DNA from: Podarcis vaucheri
Taxonomy: Eukaryota
NCBI GenBank assembly: GCA_965113315.1
Contig: OZ220368.1
Length of the DNA stretch: 64,000 nt
Reading direction: 5' to 3' (one strand)
Each line of letters begins with the position of its first letter. Positions within the stretch are counted from its first letter, which is position 1. The notes under the pieces are model-generated. The model saw only the letters and a program-made list of their open reading frames with translations. It searched no databases and was not told where the DNA came from. This document shows positions 50,064 to 62,624 of the stretch, piece after piece. The translations under genes were made by a program, and so were the position numbers.

Positions 50064-53000
50064 TACATAATTTTGACACATGATCTCTCTCATAATATAA
50101 ATTCTTTTCTGGTTCTAGAATCCTTGCAGCTATTTAGCTTCCATCATTTCAGATGGGCAAAAATGCAGCGTTTGTGTGGGTAGAACTGACAATAATGGTA
50201 AAGGGACTCTTGTCTTCCTCACTTTGCTCTTGCTCTGTCTTTCAAAACGACAGCATCAAATGATCTTGACATATGGAAACTGCTAATTTACTATTTATCC
50301 GAACTTGCCAGAGATCTGAAAAACTGGAGGAGCCATAGATTCACATTAGTCTTAAAAATATCCCAAGTGTGATTGTTTACTGGCATGTATGGGGTATTAG
50401 GGAGGGGTAGGACATCTGATAGGGGACACGTCATGCTCCTTCAGGGATAGTTTAACCACCTTTGGTCCCCATTCTGCACTCAGCTCCTACCTGTGGCTCC
50501 TAGAAGCTGTCAGCATGCAACAGCAGCCACACCCTATTGTATTCCATGTTTACACTATGGCAGCGCTTGAATGTGGAACGTGATTGACAGTGGAAGGCGG
50601 CTATAAATAGATTATTTTTTTTTAGACATTGAAAAGAGGAAGACAGGTCAGAAATGTAGGGGTACAAATTGCATGCGTTTGCAAAAATCAATATCAATTC
50701 TTTGTATGGTAAACGGTGGAGAAATAACCATTAACATTATAGTCCTCTGTGCAAAATATCCTTTCCTTGGTCCCCTTTGACAACAGCAGCAGCAGGGATG
50801 CATATTTAAACTTATTTTTAAGACCTCTCAGTAAGCATCAGCCTTGCCTGCTCTTGTTTAGTGTTCACATGGCAGTTTAATTAGAGGGTTTCCGTGGTTT
50901 CGCTTGGAGATCAAAATCTTTCACTTGCATGCTAGGGCTGTTTGAAATTCTGGAATGCTTTCCAGGGAGATTTAAAAGCCGAGGATCAGCACTCCTTTAA
51001 CCTCAGTCCTGCCGAGCGTGCTTTTTGGACATTTCGGCAGTTCATGGGACACTGTAGAGCATTGCTTGGGGGACTTTGAGGAGCAACTGTTTCTGTTTAG
51101 CAGCATGAGGCTGCACTGAGTCTTGCAGCTTTTTCTTTTCTTTTGGTCTTAACGCAAATGAATCCAACTGAGGATAATGCCAAAATATTTGATCTCCAAA
51201 CAGTAGAATTAAAAATGCATGGCTGTTTAAGTCTTTCTAGGCCTGCTCTGCAGTCTTCAATTGATTTCAATAACTGGAACAATCCACTTGGGGATGGATA
51301 GTAACTTGGGTGGCAATTCTGACTCGCGAAGGAATCTAGTGCTGGGCTTTTTCAGTTCCTTGCTATTTTTGAATGTATTTTGCAACTAGATAAGAAGACA
51401 ATAGTGTGATACAGAACATGGTGCACAGAGGTCAGGCTGGATTAATTGTGAAATGTTTGGTGGAACGAGTCCTGGATTTTTTCAGCTGTGCAGCGTGGTG
51501 GGCAATAGCGTATGGATAATGTTTCTTCGTTGGCATGCATCTTCTCTATCCTGAATCAAAGCATCCTTTCTTGGGGTTAACTGCCCTTGTAAACGAACAG
51601 CAAGCCGGCGGGAAACGAATGGTATTAGGTCTGCAAAACTCCTAAACAAGAGCATTTACATCTCCAAGAAGTTTATTATCATCTATTTTGATGCAAAGCA
51701 GGCCAGCTATTGTGTGTAGTGTTGTACTGTATTATTGGATCCATTCCTGTTAGATCTGCACCAGAAGCCAGGCTTGAAGGCTCTGTAGACAGGGAGTCAG
51801 AACAGAACGTCCAGTTCAGGATGTCTGCAGTCCCCTCCGCAAGTCACGCACGTGACACCCGTTAGTACTGATGGGGTGGTATGTCGCATGTCTGGGAGAA
51901 AACAAACCCTGCCAGGTTTTGTTCTACAATGCTGTTTGCTGCAGGCTCAGCTCCCTGCCTTGTGGAACCAGATCCCAATGGAATTGGGTTTGGTCCCTCT
52001 GACACAGAGCCGGCCCATGGCTTTCTTTTAACCATCCACTTTTGCAGGATTCCTGCATCCTAGTATTTCTCATTCCACACTGCAGCGGTGAACACATGTG
52101 AGATGATACGGGATGTTAGCAAATAATTTTGTAATGCAATTAAATAATCACATTGCAGCGGAGCAAAAACAATGCAGAAATTTTGATAAATTGGCACCTC
52201 TCATAGGTGGAAAATGAAAGACAGCTGTTGCTGTGATGGTCACCTATTGAACAGTTTCCATAACACAAGGAACAACAATAATTCCCTTAATACAAAGGAA
52301 GCTCCTTTCCTTTAAGCATGAGAATTTTCAATCATTTCAATCATTTTCAATCATTTCCTTGCTTATCCACATAAATGCTGAATTAACTCCTTAAAAAACC
52401 AAATTAAAAGTCTGCCAAGTCTAATATATGCAAGGCTACCTTGTCTCCTACTGCATTCTTTCCACTTTAAGGATTCCTTCTCTTCGAAGCATGTTCAGTC
52501 ACACTCCCCAGGATTGACAAAACAGCTCATGTTGAGGGTTTTTTTTTTTTTTTAAATAGGACAAATAGGCTACAGCAAGGTTTATTTGAAAAGTTGTAGG
52601 ATCACAGTGAGCAGGGAGGTGGCGCTGCAAGGAATGATGTGTCCCATTGTTCTTCACAAATCGTCTCGCCCTTATTCTCCGCAGATAAACAGTATTGTGT
52701 GGGTCGGCCATTATGGTATGGATTGCCGCTCAAAGCCTGTTATGCTTAGAAAGAGCAAGTTGCATGAGGCTCCTCTCCTGCACACAGGAAATGAATAAGA
52801 TGGTGGTCCCAAATCCATCATCAACTGGAAGGAGATGCCAGAAAAAGGGGATGAAGAGCTGTTGCAGGAGAAAACAAATAGCAACTCAGTGGAGATGCTT
52901 TCACACCACCTGCTAAACCTATGTAACACCGCTGTAGGCACGTTTTGAGAGGGAACTTGGTTTTCTCCTTATACACCCTAATCCAGGCTGAATCAGTTCT

Positions 53001-53105
53001 GACTGGGTTTCATAATATATTGCAGACTCTGCATTGGAATTGCTGATGTAGTGTATAAAATTTGCTGAAGTGAGGATCATTCATCTCTCTCTCTCTTTTT
53101 AACAG

Positions 53106-53147
53106 ATAAACCTCCTTCTTACTCGAAACCTCCTGAAGGATTAGCAC
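53106..53147 (+). CDS. TGFBR3: TGFBR3 42-nt juxtamembrane micro-exon (exon 15 equivalent)
   Basis: (ct)n ttttaacag|AT ... GCAC|gtaagt; phase 1/1; (D)KPPSYSKPPEGLA(P); strong splice sites, and position and Pro-rich character match the short stalk exon of mammalian betaglycan, though sequence similarity is low. Confidence 0.8.
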
Positions 53148-55542
53148 GTAAGTTAAACATGCCTCTCTCTTCTCCAGCAATACACCAGAGCGTTCTGGTG
53201 GTAAAGTTACAAACTGCTAATCAACTGAAATCTTTGAGTTCATTTGCATTTTAAAAGACGTAGAATCAAATGTAATTACTTGCGTGTCTGTATTATCTGT
53301 CACCAGAGAGGGATCCCACTGGTGTTTAGTCCTGAAGCTATTCACAACAGAGGCAGAGCATGTAGTTTTTATGGAATATAGTACTCTGCAGAAAGCCATT
53401 CTGGAGAGGTAGCAAGAGTATTAGGTTTGGAAACGGAGGACTCGGGTTCAAATCTCCATTCAACCATGAGCTTTACTTTGTGGTATTGGATCATGGTATT
53501 GGATCACACAGAGTTGTTCTGAGACTAAGGGCCTAACTACTTACTACATTACAGAACTTCTTCCCTCCCGGGAAGTCACTCAGAGTGAGAGAGAGAATTT
53601 TTAAACAGAGAAGGAGCAGTGACTATGGTATTTTGGGTTTGTTTTGTTTTTTTTACCCTAAAGTGGCTTTACCTAGAGACAGATGAAAGAAGAGAGGGCT
53701 GGATATTGAGGTTCAGTTATGCATATGTAACATGTAGATGGGCCCTTACAAGCTACTCTGGATTCCTTGGGAAATAAATGAGCTATAAATGCAGGCAACA
53801 AGCAAATATAATCAAGAGTAGTGGAGAAAGGAGCTTATATAACAGGATTCAGCAACTGGCCTGAATCCAGTTCTCCAAGACAAGGGCATGGAACCTGTCA
53901 TTGAACTTCCACTTCCATCAACTACAGCCACCATGGGAAACAGTCAGGGATGATGGGAGTTGTAGTCCAACAACATCTGGAAGGCCACAGGTTCCCCATC
54001 CCTGCTCTGAGAGGTGCTGCTTTATGCTCTGGTGCGCATGCGCACACACATCAGTATAGATGTGGACATTTATGGCATTTGAGGGCACAGAATTGTCTGT
54101 CTGGCATCTTTGGTGGCACAGGAACTCGTACGTTAGAGTGGCCATTCAGGGAAGCTAGTTGCAAACGTAAAATATATAATAAGGCCTCTGGTTTCTTGAT
54201 TAGCTCCAGATGCAGTAGTTAACGTATTTTGTCACTGAGCCCTTAGTCCCTAGAAATAATACATAATAAAACTGAGTCTTAAAAGAAATTAATTAGGATT
54301 GCATCATGTACATGTGTCTGTATGAAAGAAGTAAAAGATCAGGATGAGTGGAAGTTGCTGTCGTTTTCCAGCATGTGTTCAGAGCAATGCATTCAGGGAC
54401 CAGATGCACTCTCGTACAAACTGCCCTGCCTCTCCTGTTGGGAAAGCTCAATATTATGGGCTAGAACTGATTTCCATGATTAAAACATCTGCCAAAAGTG
54501 GGGAAAAACCAATTGTTTCTATTTATGCATTTGCTGACTTTCAAGCTGGCACCGCCTCCCAGCTTAACAGCCTTTCCGCTCCCCACCTAATAGACTGAAG
54601 ATGCTGGGGAGCAAAATTGGCAGGGCACTGGTTTAATTATTTTTATTTTTAAATCCCTCCCTATCCCAAAGGCACATACTTGAAGGATATGAGAATTTAA
54701 AAATAAGTCTGCTAACATTAGAAAATATGTTATTTTAGTCCTACAAACTGAAAACAAGCAGCAGCTAGCAGGAAATGTAGTGGGCCTACAACTTGAGCTG
54801 GCTTTAGGTGGCTCAGGGCCACATTTTCGGCCGCATCTAACTTCCACGCTTTGTTCCCATGGCTCATGTACCGTTGTCACGCTGCCAGATGTGCTGATTT
54901 CTGGAGGTTAGTCTTTCCTTCAAGTTGGCATTGCATCCAGAAATATTGGTGCACTCTTGAAGTGCAATACAGTGGCTCGTTTCAGCAGGCAGTAGGGGTT
55001 GGCAGACAAATCCTATCTGCTCTCAGAGTTGCCTACCAGCAGTTTCCCCTGCATTACTGTATTTGGTGCTATTTTTCTAGAAAAAAAGATGCCAGAACTC
55101 ACCACGAACACCTCCCTTGTTCTCTTGAAATGGCCACGGAACCCACCTGAGAAGTGCCGGAACTGAGTTCCAGAGAGGAGTGGCTGAAAATAAGCCTTGA
55201 CTCTGTTTATTTATAATAAAAAAAATTTGTATGCCACTATACAGTTAAGAAGAAGAATAATTGCTGTTTACCATACATAGGGAGAGACCAAAGGCAGGTG
55301 GGCAAGAAAGGAGGCACAGGGTCTGTTTTTAGCAAAGGAAGGAGGAGGAGAAGGAATTTGAGTTCCCAGTTGATGGGCTCATGGGCTACTAACTGCTGAG
55401 CACTGATAATCAAAATGCATAGGGAAGCACACTCACACTTTTTGTTTAAAATGCTCTCTCGCTCTCTAATTCTTTTTTTTAAAAAGCATTCTAAATAGAA
55501 GTACTTCTTGATTTACTTAATTTGTTTTCTCCATTTTCACAG

Positions 55543-55650
55543 CTGTCTTCCACGGCCTGGACACTTTGACAGTCGTGGGCATTGCCTTTGCAGCCTTTGT
55601 TATTGGTGCGCTGCTGACAGGAGCACTGTGGTTTATCTATTCTCACACAG
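55543..55650 (+). CDS. TGFBR3: TGFBR3 transmembrane exon (exon 16 equivalent)
   Basis: ttttcacag|CT ... ACAG|gtgagc; 108 nt; VFHGLDTLTVVGIAFAAFVIGALLTGALWFIYSHT. Confidence 0.97.
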
Positions 55651-55664
55651 GTGAGCATGAAAAT

Positions 55665-55665
<1 letters not shown>

Positions 55666-55697
<32 letters not shown>

Positions 55698-55717
55698 CAC
55701 ACACACAAACACACACA
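55666..55717. repeat. (CT)n(CA)n microsatellite just downstream of the TM-exon donor
   Basis: Read directly. Confidence 0.9.
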
Positions 55718-58537
55718 TCGCATAATAACATAATACGTTGACTGTGGGTCACCTGCTGGTAGCAGCCAAATGGAAGCGTGTTGAGTCAGATTGGATCCTT
55801 AAAGTCTGGCATCTACCAATCATAAATAAACTGCCACAACAAATACCAGCCCAGCAGAGGCTAAAAAAAGTTGAGGAGCAGTGGCATAGCCTGGGTGGCC
55901 AGTACCCAGGCCCACACGGAGGAGGGAAATGTATGGAGTACACATGTGCCTTCAGCTGCCTAAGGCATCCATGTCACCCAAGAGATCACAGCCACAGAGA
56001 TAAGAAAACAAGAGTCATTCTGTTGTCTGGAGAGGTCACTTCCTGGTTTACACGGAGAAGCCATTTTCAACGGAGCCCAGTGATGGAAGTGTGCATTGAG
56101 GCAGCACCAAGTGCAGGAATTTGTACCCCTAACAAATTTTGCACTCAGGCCAACCCCCCCACCCCTTCTCCCCCATGCTACACTACTGGTGGCCCGTAAC
56201 TATGCTTTTGGTTTGGACAAGGCAAAATAAGAATGAAACTATTTATGTTTGAACTGAATCTGTAGGAGGAATGGGTTTCTATTTGACTTTTCTGTATTGT
56301 TTTTATTTTAAGTGTGAGCAGCAGGGAGGAAAGACTTGCAATTGGGTTTTATTTTAGTTGTGTGCCTTGCGTGATTTGTATATTTTGGATGTTTAACTGT
56401 TTTATAAAACTGTAATAAAAATCTAAGTTTAGCAGCGGGAAAGGGTATTAAATCAAAGCAGGTCATGTTGAGCCAAGCATGGCAAGGGAGGGCTTGCTTT
56501 GTACTCTGAAAACTGGGGATCTGTTTGAATGAACAGAGGTGACAGAGGGAGACTAAAATGTGTAGCGAACATTCATTGAGAAGCTGTAATTTAAAAGAAA
56601 GGGGAGAAAAATAATTATAACCATGCCCCAGGTGTCTACCAGTCTATCCAATTCCTTCTCTTAAACAGAGTGGCAAAAAAAAAATTGGTGGAGTGGCAAA
56701 AGAAGTATTGTCAGAAAGCTGAAAAGAACTGGAAGCTAATAAAGAGGGGCACCTGCAACTTTCCCCTAGGAGATTCTCTCAAATGCCATCCACCGTCAGA
56801 ATTGGTTTAGGGCTGTTGTTACAGCAACCGCCAGCAAACCTATCAGCTCTCGATCCCTCTTGTATGTTTGAAAATCCCAAGCTCCCAATGGCAACCAGGG
56901 AATGAGGCATGTGCCAAAGGAAAGAGAGGAAGGCAAAGCTGACCAAGAATAGGGGAAAAGGGATTGTCAAACCCACTCATTCAAATTCGACCCATTTTTC
57001 CAGCCACATTTCCCACCAGTTGGTGGGCATCTCACTAGCCGGTGTAGATTTATGGCTGCTAGGCTCATTCCGTGTACTGCTCTGAATGGATGGAGGCCGA
57101 GGTGCTGCAGTTGGAGGCCGTGGCAAATAATGTTTGTTCCACAAGCAGAGAAAAACTGAGTTCTCTTCCCCACCCCCCTTTGGAAGAGGAGGAGGAGGAG
57201 GATGGAGAAACGATTTAATCTCCAGCAGAGAGTGGTGCCACCGAGACAAGAGGGCATAACCCCATACTTGAAAGGGGGAAATGCATCTGTGGAAAGCTGT
57301 CCGGAGAAAGGAGGAAAGGAAGAGGCGAAAGGGAGGGAGGGGGAAGAAGAAAAAACGAGAATATATTTTTGGCATTTAGACTTTGACAGCTGTGCATGCC
57401 TTTTCCCCTGAAGACGAAAAGGTATTCATTCTGCACAAAGTTAAAACAAAATGTATACAGATCATATCTGGTGCGCTGTGGTTGCTGCACAGCTCTGTGT
57501 AATAGTGGAATGGGTGACAGCAAAACTGTAATAGGACCCAGCAGCTGGGAATATAGGCCAGTTTTGCAGTTTGCAGAGCACTTTCCTGGCAGAGGCTTGC
57601 AGGGGCCCTATTAAGGGAATGGAAGCAACTGTATTTTCTGTGTTTAATATGGAAATAGGGTGGCTCCCCCCCCCCCAGTCGGCACTCAATGTTCCTAATT
57701 TTTAGTGCAGGGAAGCTCCCCACCCCAGCTTCCTTAAACATGGCTTTTACAGAGATGGCTTTTGCAATGTAAGGGGAAGGACGTACAGTTAGATAAAGTA
57801 CATACAGGATAAAGTGACCCATTCAAGTGAAGAACTTGAGAAAAATCCCAATATGTGGCATGAACCCAGTAATTTTTTAGAGGGCTTTCTGCTAAAAGGC
57901 ACAGCAGTACATTATGCTACAAAAAAGCATCAGACTAAATTCTAATCTGCATTGCAGGAAATGTAGGTGTTTTTATGGATTCACATCAATAAAACTAACA
58001 CATTTAAATAAGTGTTTTGGCATATCCACCTCCCACAAGATCATTCCTAATCTAGTCCCTCAAATAAGTGTTTCATGAGAAAGTTGAGGCCCTTCTCATG
58101 TCTCCAGTCGGACCCCTGAGATTTTTCCCTATTTCTACTCCTTGCTATCCCATCCCTTCCGGAGGCCTCTTGTGGAAATAAGTCACAGTTTTTCATTTTA
58201 CTCAATATGGGGGAAAGGGTCACTGCGATATAGTGCAGCAAACAGAACCTAGAAAAGTCTGTACCAGGGAGATTGCGTTTGCATTGTTGAGCTTTGGGGC
58301 AGTCCTATATTCTTAACACAGGGCTGTTGCGAGGACAAAATGGAGGCTATCTTTGAGCTCCATAAACCAATAACAGGATATGAATGATATGCACATACAT
58401 AAATTAGAATCACAGAATTGTAGAATTGGAAAGAACCTTGAGGGTCATCCAGCCCAACTGTGATAGCAAGAAGATAGTGGAGATGTTCCTTGTAATACCA
58501 AACTCTTTCTCCCTCCCCTCCTGTTTGTTTCCTCCAG

Positions 58538-58656
58538 GAGAACCGGCAGCAAGACAGCCGGTCCCCACATCCCCACCGGCCTCTGAAAACAGCAGCGCAG
58601 CCCATAGTATCGGCAGCACACAAAGCACCCCCTGTTCCAGCAGCAGCGCAGCCTAA
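58538..58656 (+). CDS. TGFBR3: TGFBR3 terminal coding exon, cytoplasmic tail to TAA
   Basis: tttcctccag|GA; (G)EPAARQPVPTSPPASENSSAAHSIGSTQSTPCSSSSAA*; the 14 exons sum to 2289 nt = 763 codons in one frame. Confidence 0.97.
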
Positions 58657-61600
58657 CCCAGGGGACGTGATGCAAGCCCCCGGAACCACGTAGGGGAGCA
58701 GAGGTTCAAAAGGAGCTGTTTGTTGCCATTCACTTCGAAAGGATTGGTTTGGATTCTTTGGCAGAACGAGGAAGGATTTCCTTCCTGGTCCTCGAACTTC
58801 TTGCAGCATGCTCTAGGCTCACACACGACAAAGCTACTCTTTGCAGGCAGCTGTGGATTGTGCAGAAAACATCTGCAGGCTCTCGACGTGAGACACTAGC
58901 CGATTCCCCCACCATAAACGCTGCATTGTCTTTACAGAATCATAAGCACTAGGTTCCGCAGACATCAAGGAGACATGAGGTGTGTAAAGGGATTTCAGTC
59001 TCATAAGCTGGGGGGAAAGGTTTTGTTTTCTGTCTCATTTGATCCGGGGATTCCACCTCACCAGAACGAGAAAGCTTCCAGCGCAGAGGATTACCCGTTG
59101 CCATTATCGCAATATATACATCTTGATCGTTTCTGTGTTTTTTGAGCTTAACTCAGTGCTGTGTTTGGCCCACCATTATCTTGTCCACCACATCAGGGAT
59201 TTGCCTTTGCCAACCTTTAGCAAACAGAAACTAATGTTTCCATACATAACATGGCGTGTGGGACATATGTTGATTTGATATTCCTGATGACTTCCGTATA
59301 TGTCTGTTTATCCATCCCAAAGCCTGCTTGGAAGCATAATGCGACACTTGGTGCCATTTCAGTTCCTTAATTTATTTTTTTATTAATTGGAGCTACCAAC
59401 CTTTACACAGGACTTAGCCCAAAGTCTTTTACAGTACAGTGTCTGCCGCCTGCTACAAGTAGGCCAACAATTTGCATACAATTTGCACGCAAAGCCACAT
59501 GGCGCCAATGCATACGTGCAGCTTCTGCACGCACAACAGCTTTTCTTTTCACTGCAGCGCCAGGCACTGCTTCCTATGAGGATTTCCATTTTGTGTGCAT
59601 AACCTTCCCTGAAATTATGGTGAATGAGGGGTACAGTGGTGCCTCGCAAGACGAAATTAATCCGTTCCGCGAGTCTCTTCGTCTTGCGGTTTTTTCGTCT
59701 TGCGAAGCACAGCTATTAGCGGCTTAGCGGCTTAGCAGCTATTAATGGCTTAGCGGCTTTAAGAAAAAGGAAACAAACTCGCAAGAACTCGCAAGACGTT
59801 TCGTCTTGCGAAGCAAGCCCATAGGGAAATTCGTCTTGCGGAACGACTCAAAAAACGGAAAACTCTTTCGTCTTGTGCGTTTTTCGTCTTGCGCGTTTTT
59901 TGTCTTGCGAGGTACCACTGTACCTGTATATGCCCCAAGTGCTGTGTCCATACTGAAAAACCCATGGGGCTGTAACTTGGGGTTATTGCAAGTGATATTA
60001 AAACCACACGTGAATGGTGAGCACTTGTGTGCTCCAAGGTGGGGTTGGTTATGGACCAGTTTTGAACCTTTGGCCCCTGAATATACTTCTGCAAATGTGG
60101 TCATTGCCAAAATTCAGGAAAATATAGATAAATATAGTCCTATTTGTTGTAGGACTAAGCCTTTGGGATTTTTTTGATTCACAGTGATCTAGAAGCACAT
60201 TTTTTAGACCTGCCAATGAGTGCAAGTGTTTCTAGTTGTGATATGGAGACCACTACAGCTCTGTGTTTTAGGCCTGGTCCACAAGATATACATAGATATC
60301 GTTGTCTTTTTTGCTGTATATAATCTACAATTAGCTTACTGTTATCGAAAATTCTTAGGTCAGAACTTCATTCTTTGCTTCTTCTAAGTTTTCCAAAATT
60401 TTGTGGTGATTTATTTTTTTTAAGCGTCGAGAGGAGAAAACTATTGAGCTAATTGTTCTGTATGACTCACCATGAATAGGAATGGAAGGGTTCCTTACAA
60501 GCCCCTTTATGGTTTGTATCCAGTTGCTTGTTAGTCATCGCAACGTTGCAATTGGATATCTCCCAAAGTAGCATTTGGAATGCAAAAAAGAGCAAGCCGG
60601 TACTAATTTTCATAATATTTTTTATAACTCTCGCCTCCTGCTAGCCTTAAAGTACCTCCCAAATGAAAACCAAAGGTTGCAATTTGAAACTGTAGGAATA
60701 TTGAGTTGTCGTTTTGTGAGCTGAAACAGAGTCTCCTGAATCCTCCTCCTTGAAAACAAAATAAGAGATATTCTCCCTTTGCAAACAGTTCATATAACCT
60801 TCAATGGATACGGCTTTTTTGTTTTGTTTGGCCTTGCTGTAGCAGGAAGCACAGCGGGGCTTTTCTGAAGCAGATCTGATCTCTCCCCTTGCTTCCGGGG
60901 GACCAGGGCCACTCTGAGAGGTGGCGGAACGCCATTGTGGCACGTTTCAGCTGGGGGGAAAGCCCTGCCTAGATATAACACAGGGCCAGTTCCTCTGTTG
61001 CCCTTAACCTGAACCACCCTTTTAGCCTATTGTGTTTTACACTGGCAAAGGTGGCAAAACTTCACAGGGGCTGGTGAACCGACAGATAAAAAGGGCTCCT
61101 GGCCTATTTGGAATATATCAAAAATAAATAAATTTGAACTTACATAATTCACATTCTCAAAAGTGTTTGCGGGGTTGGATTAGTGGGAGGTATCTGGATA
61201 AGCAATATGCTACCTGTGTATTTAAAAAGAATGCGCTTTGCCTAACCTTCAACTGAATGTATTAGATAATCATATTCTATGTATGAAAACCTTTAAAATG
61301 TCTTCAAAGAAGACTAGAGTCTTTTAAATCCATCATAGCTATATTTTACTACATTAAATGTGGGCATAAATATAAATATATATATATTTAAATATAAGTG
61401 GCTTTATATAAGATGTTCAATTTCAGTTACTGTGAATTCTACGGTTTTATACGCTCTTTCTCTGCCCTCTTCTAACCCTTCTCCCCCCCCCCAAGATTTT
61501 ATTAAAACCAGAGATATTATTGGAAGTATTATAAACTTGGTTGTTGGAATGAAAGGTTACATTTTTGTGTAAAATAATTAAATGTATATTTTTGAGAGAA
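58657..61600 (+). other. TGFBR3: Probable long TGFBR3 3' UTR (3' end uncertain)
   Basis: Follows the stop codon; AATAAA at 61123 and 61127, ATTAAA at 61353, 61501 and 61577 in an AU-rich block. Which poly(A) site is used cannot be determined from sequence alone. Confidence 0.5.
59634..59920. mobile_element. Tc1/mariner-pogo MITE in the probable 3' UTR
   Basis: TA|CAGTGGTGCCTCGCAAGAC ... GTCTTGCGAGGTACCACTG|TA; many internal CGTCTTGCG/CGCAAGACG copies; central (TAGCGGCT)n. Confidence 0.88.
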
Positions 61601-62488
61601 AGAGATGCTGCATTATCAATATTTCTATCAAAATTGACTCTGAAAACCTGGATCTATATTTACAGACATACAAAACCAAAACAGGCAATATTTACAAGCA
61701 GAGAAATGACATTTTTCTAGGCTTATGTTCGAGATTATAATTAATTCATTGACCGCTATGCACTTAATTGTGAATGCTTCAGAATACTCACTTTATTATA
61801 TACAGTTATTATTATTATTATTATACTTACTTAAATGGAAAGTTATGGAGCTAATGGAAAATTCCAGTTGGTTAATTGACAGTAGAGCAAATGCCAGATG
61901 CAAATGATATCCCTAAAAAATTTATGCTGTCTACGCATCCAGAGATATGCATGCACTAGGATGCATAAGCACATCTCTGGTTCCCATGGGCTGCTCCATT
62001 AGACTGGAGGAGCAAAAGGCATGTGCGCATTTCATGTGTGGTTGGGATCCATTCCTGGAAATTAAAAGGAAGTTCTTGTGAATGAGAGAATTCCATACCT
62101 GCATTGCAGCTCTGTGCTCATCACTGGTAAAAGGTGTAAACCACAAAGCCATTTGGTCCAAAGTATTGCTGTTCTTTTCCAGGGTGAGCTGTCAAGTCCT
62201 TATATTAGCAACAGTGGAGGGCTGAGTTATGCTTTTGTAATAAACCAGGCATGTACTGAGAAAGGGAATTTATGAACAGATACCTTTGCCATAAGAGAGA
62301 ACAATGGTTTCTTCCAGTGCCATTGAAGTCTATTTTTATGCTACAAATGTAAGCTCTACGTTTTGAAGTCCTTTATTATTTTTTCATGCAAGCTTCTTTT
62401 CACGCTTGATGTTGTGTGCTATTTCATTTCATGTTGTATAGCAGTGTTTTTGAGAACTTTGCATTGTCTCACTGACAAAGTGTTAAAC

Positions 62489-62624
62489 CAGGCACCCCCA
62501 AACTCGGCCCTCCAGCTGTTTTGGGACTACAATTCCCATCATCCCTGACCACTGGTCCTGTTAGCTAGGGATGATGGGAGTTGTAGTCCCAAAACAACTG
62601 GAGGGCCAAGTTTAGGGGTGCCTG
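62489..62624. mobile_element. Near-palindromic hAT MITE (ggactacaa(c/t)tcccatc family)
   Basis: CAGGCACCCC...GGGGTGCCTG with exact 8-bp TSD TGTTAAAC (62481-62488, 62625-62632); older relatives at ~699-785, 2091-2198, 12850-12986, 43265-43402 and 53883-54004. Confidence 0.88.

Noticed and set aside
58249-58809. 186-aa - strand ORF overlapping the last exon
   Set aside because: Antisense shadow of a GC-rich exon plus a repeat fragment; no splice or homology support
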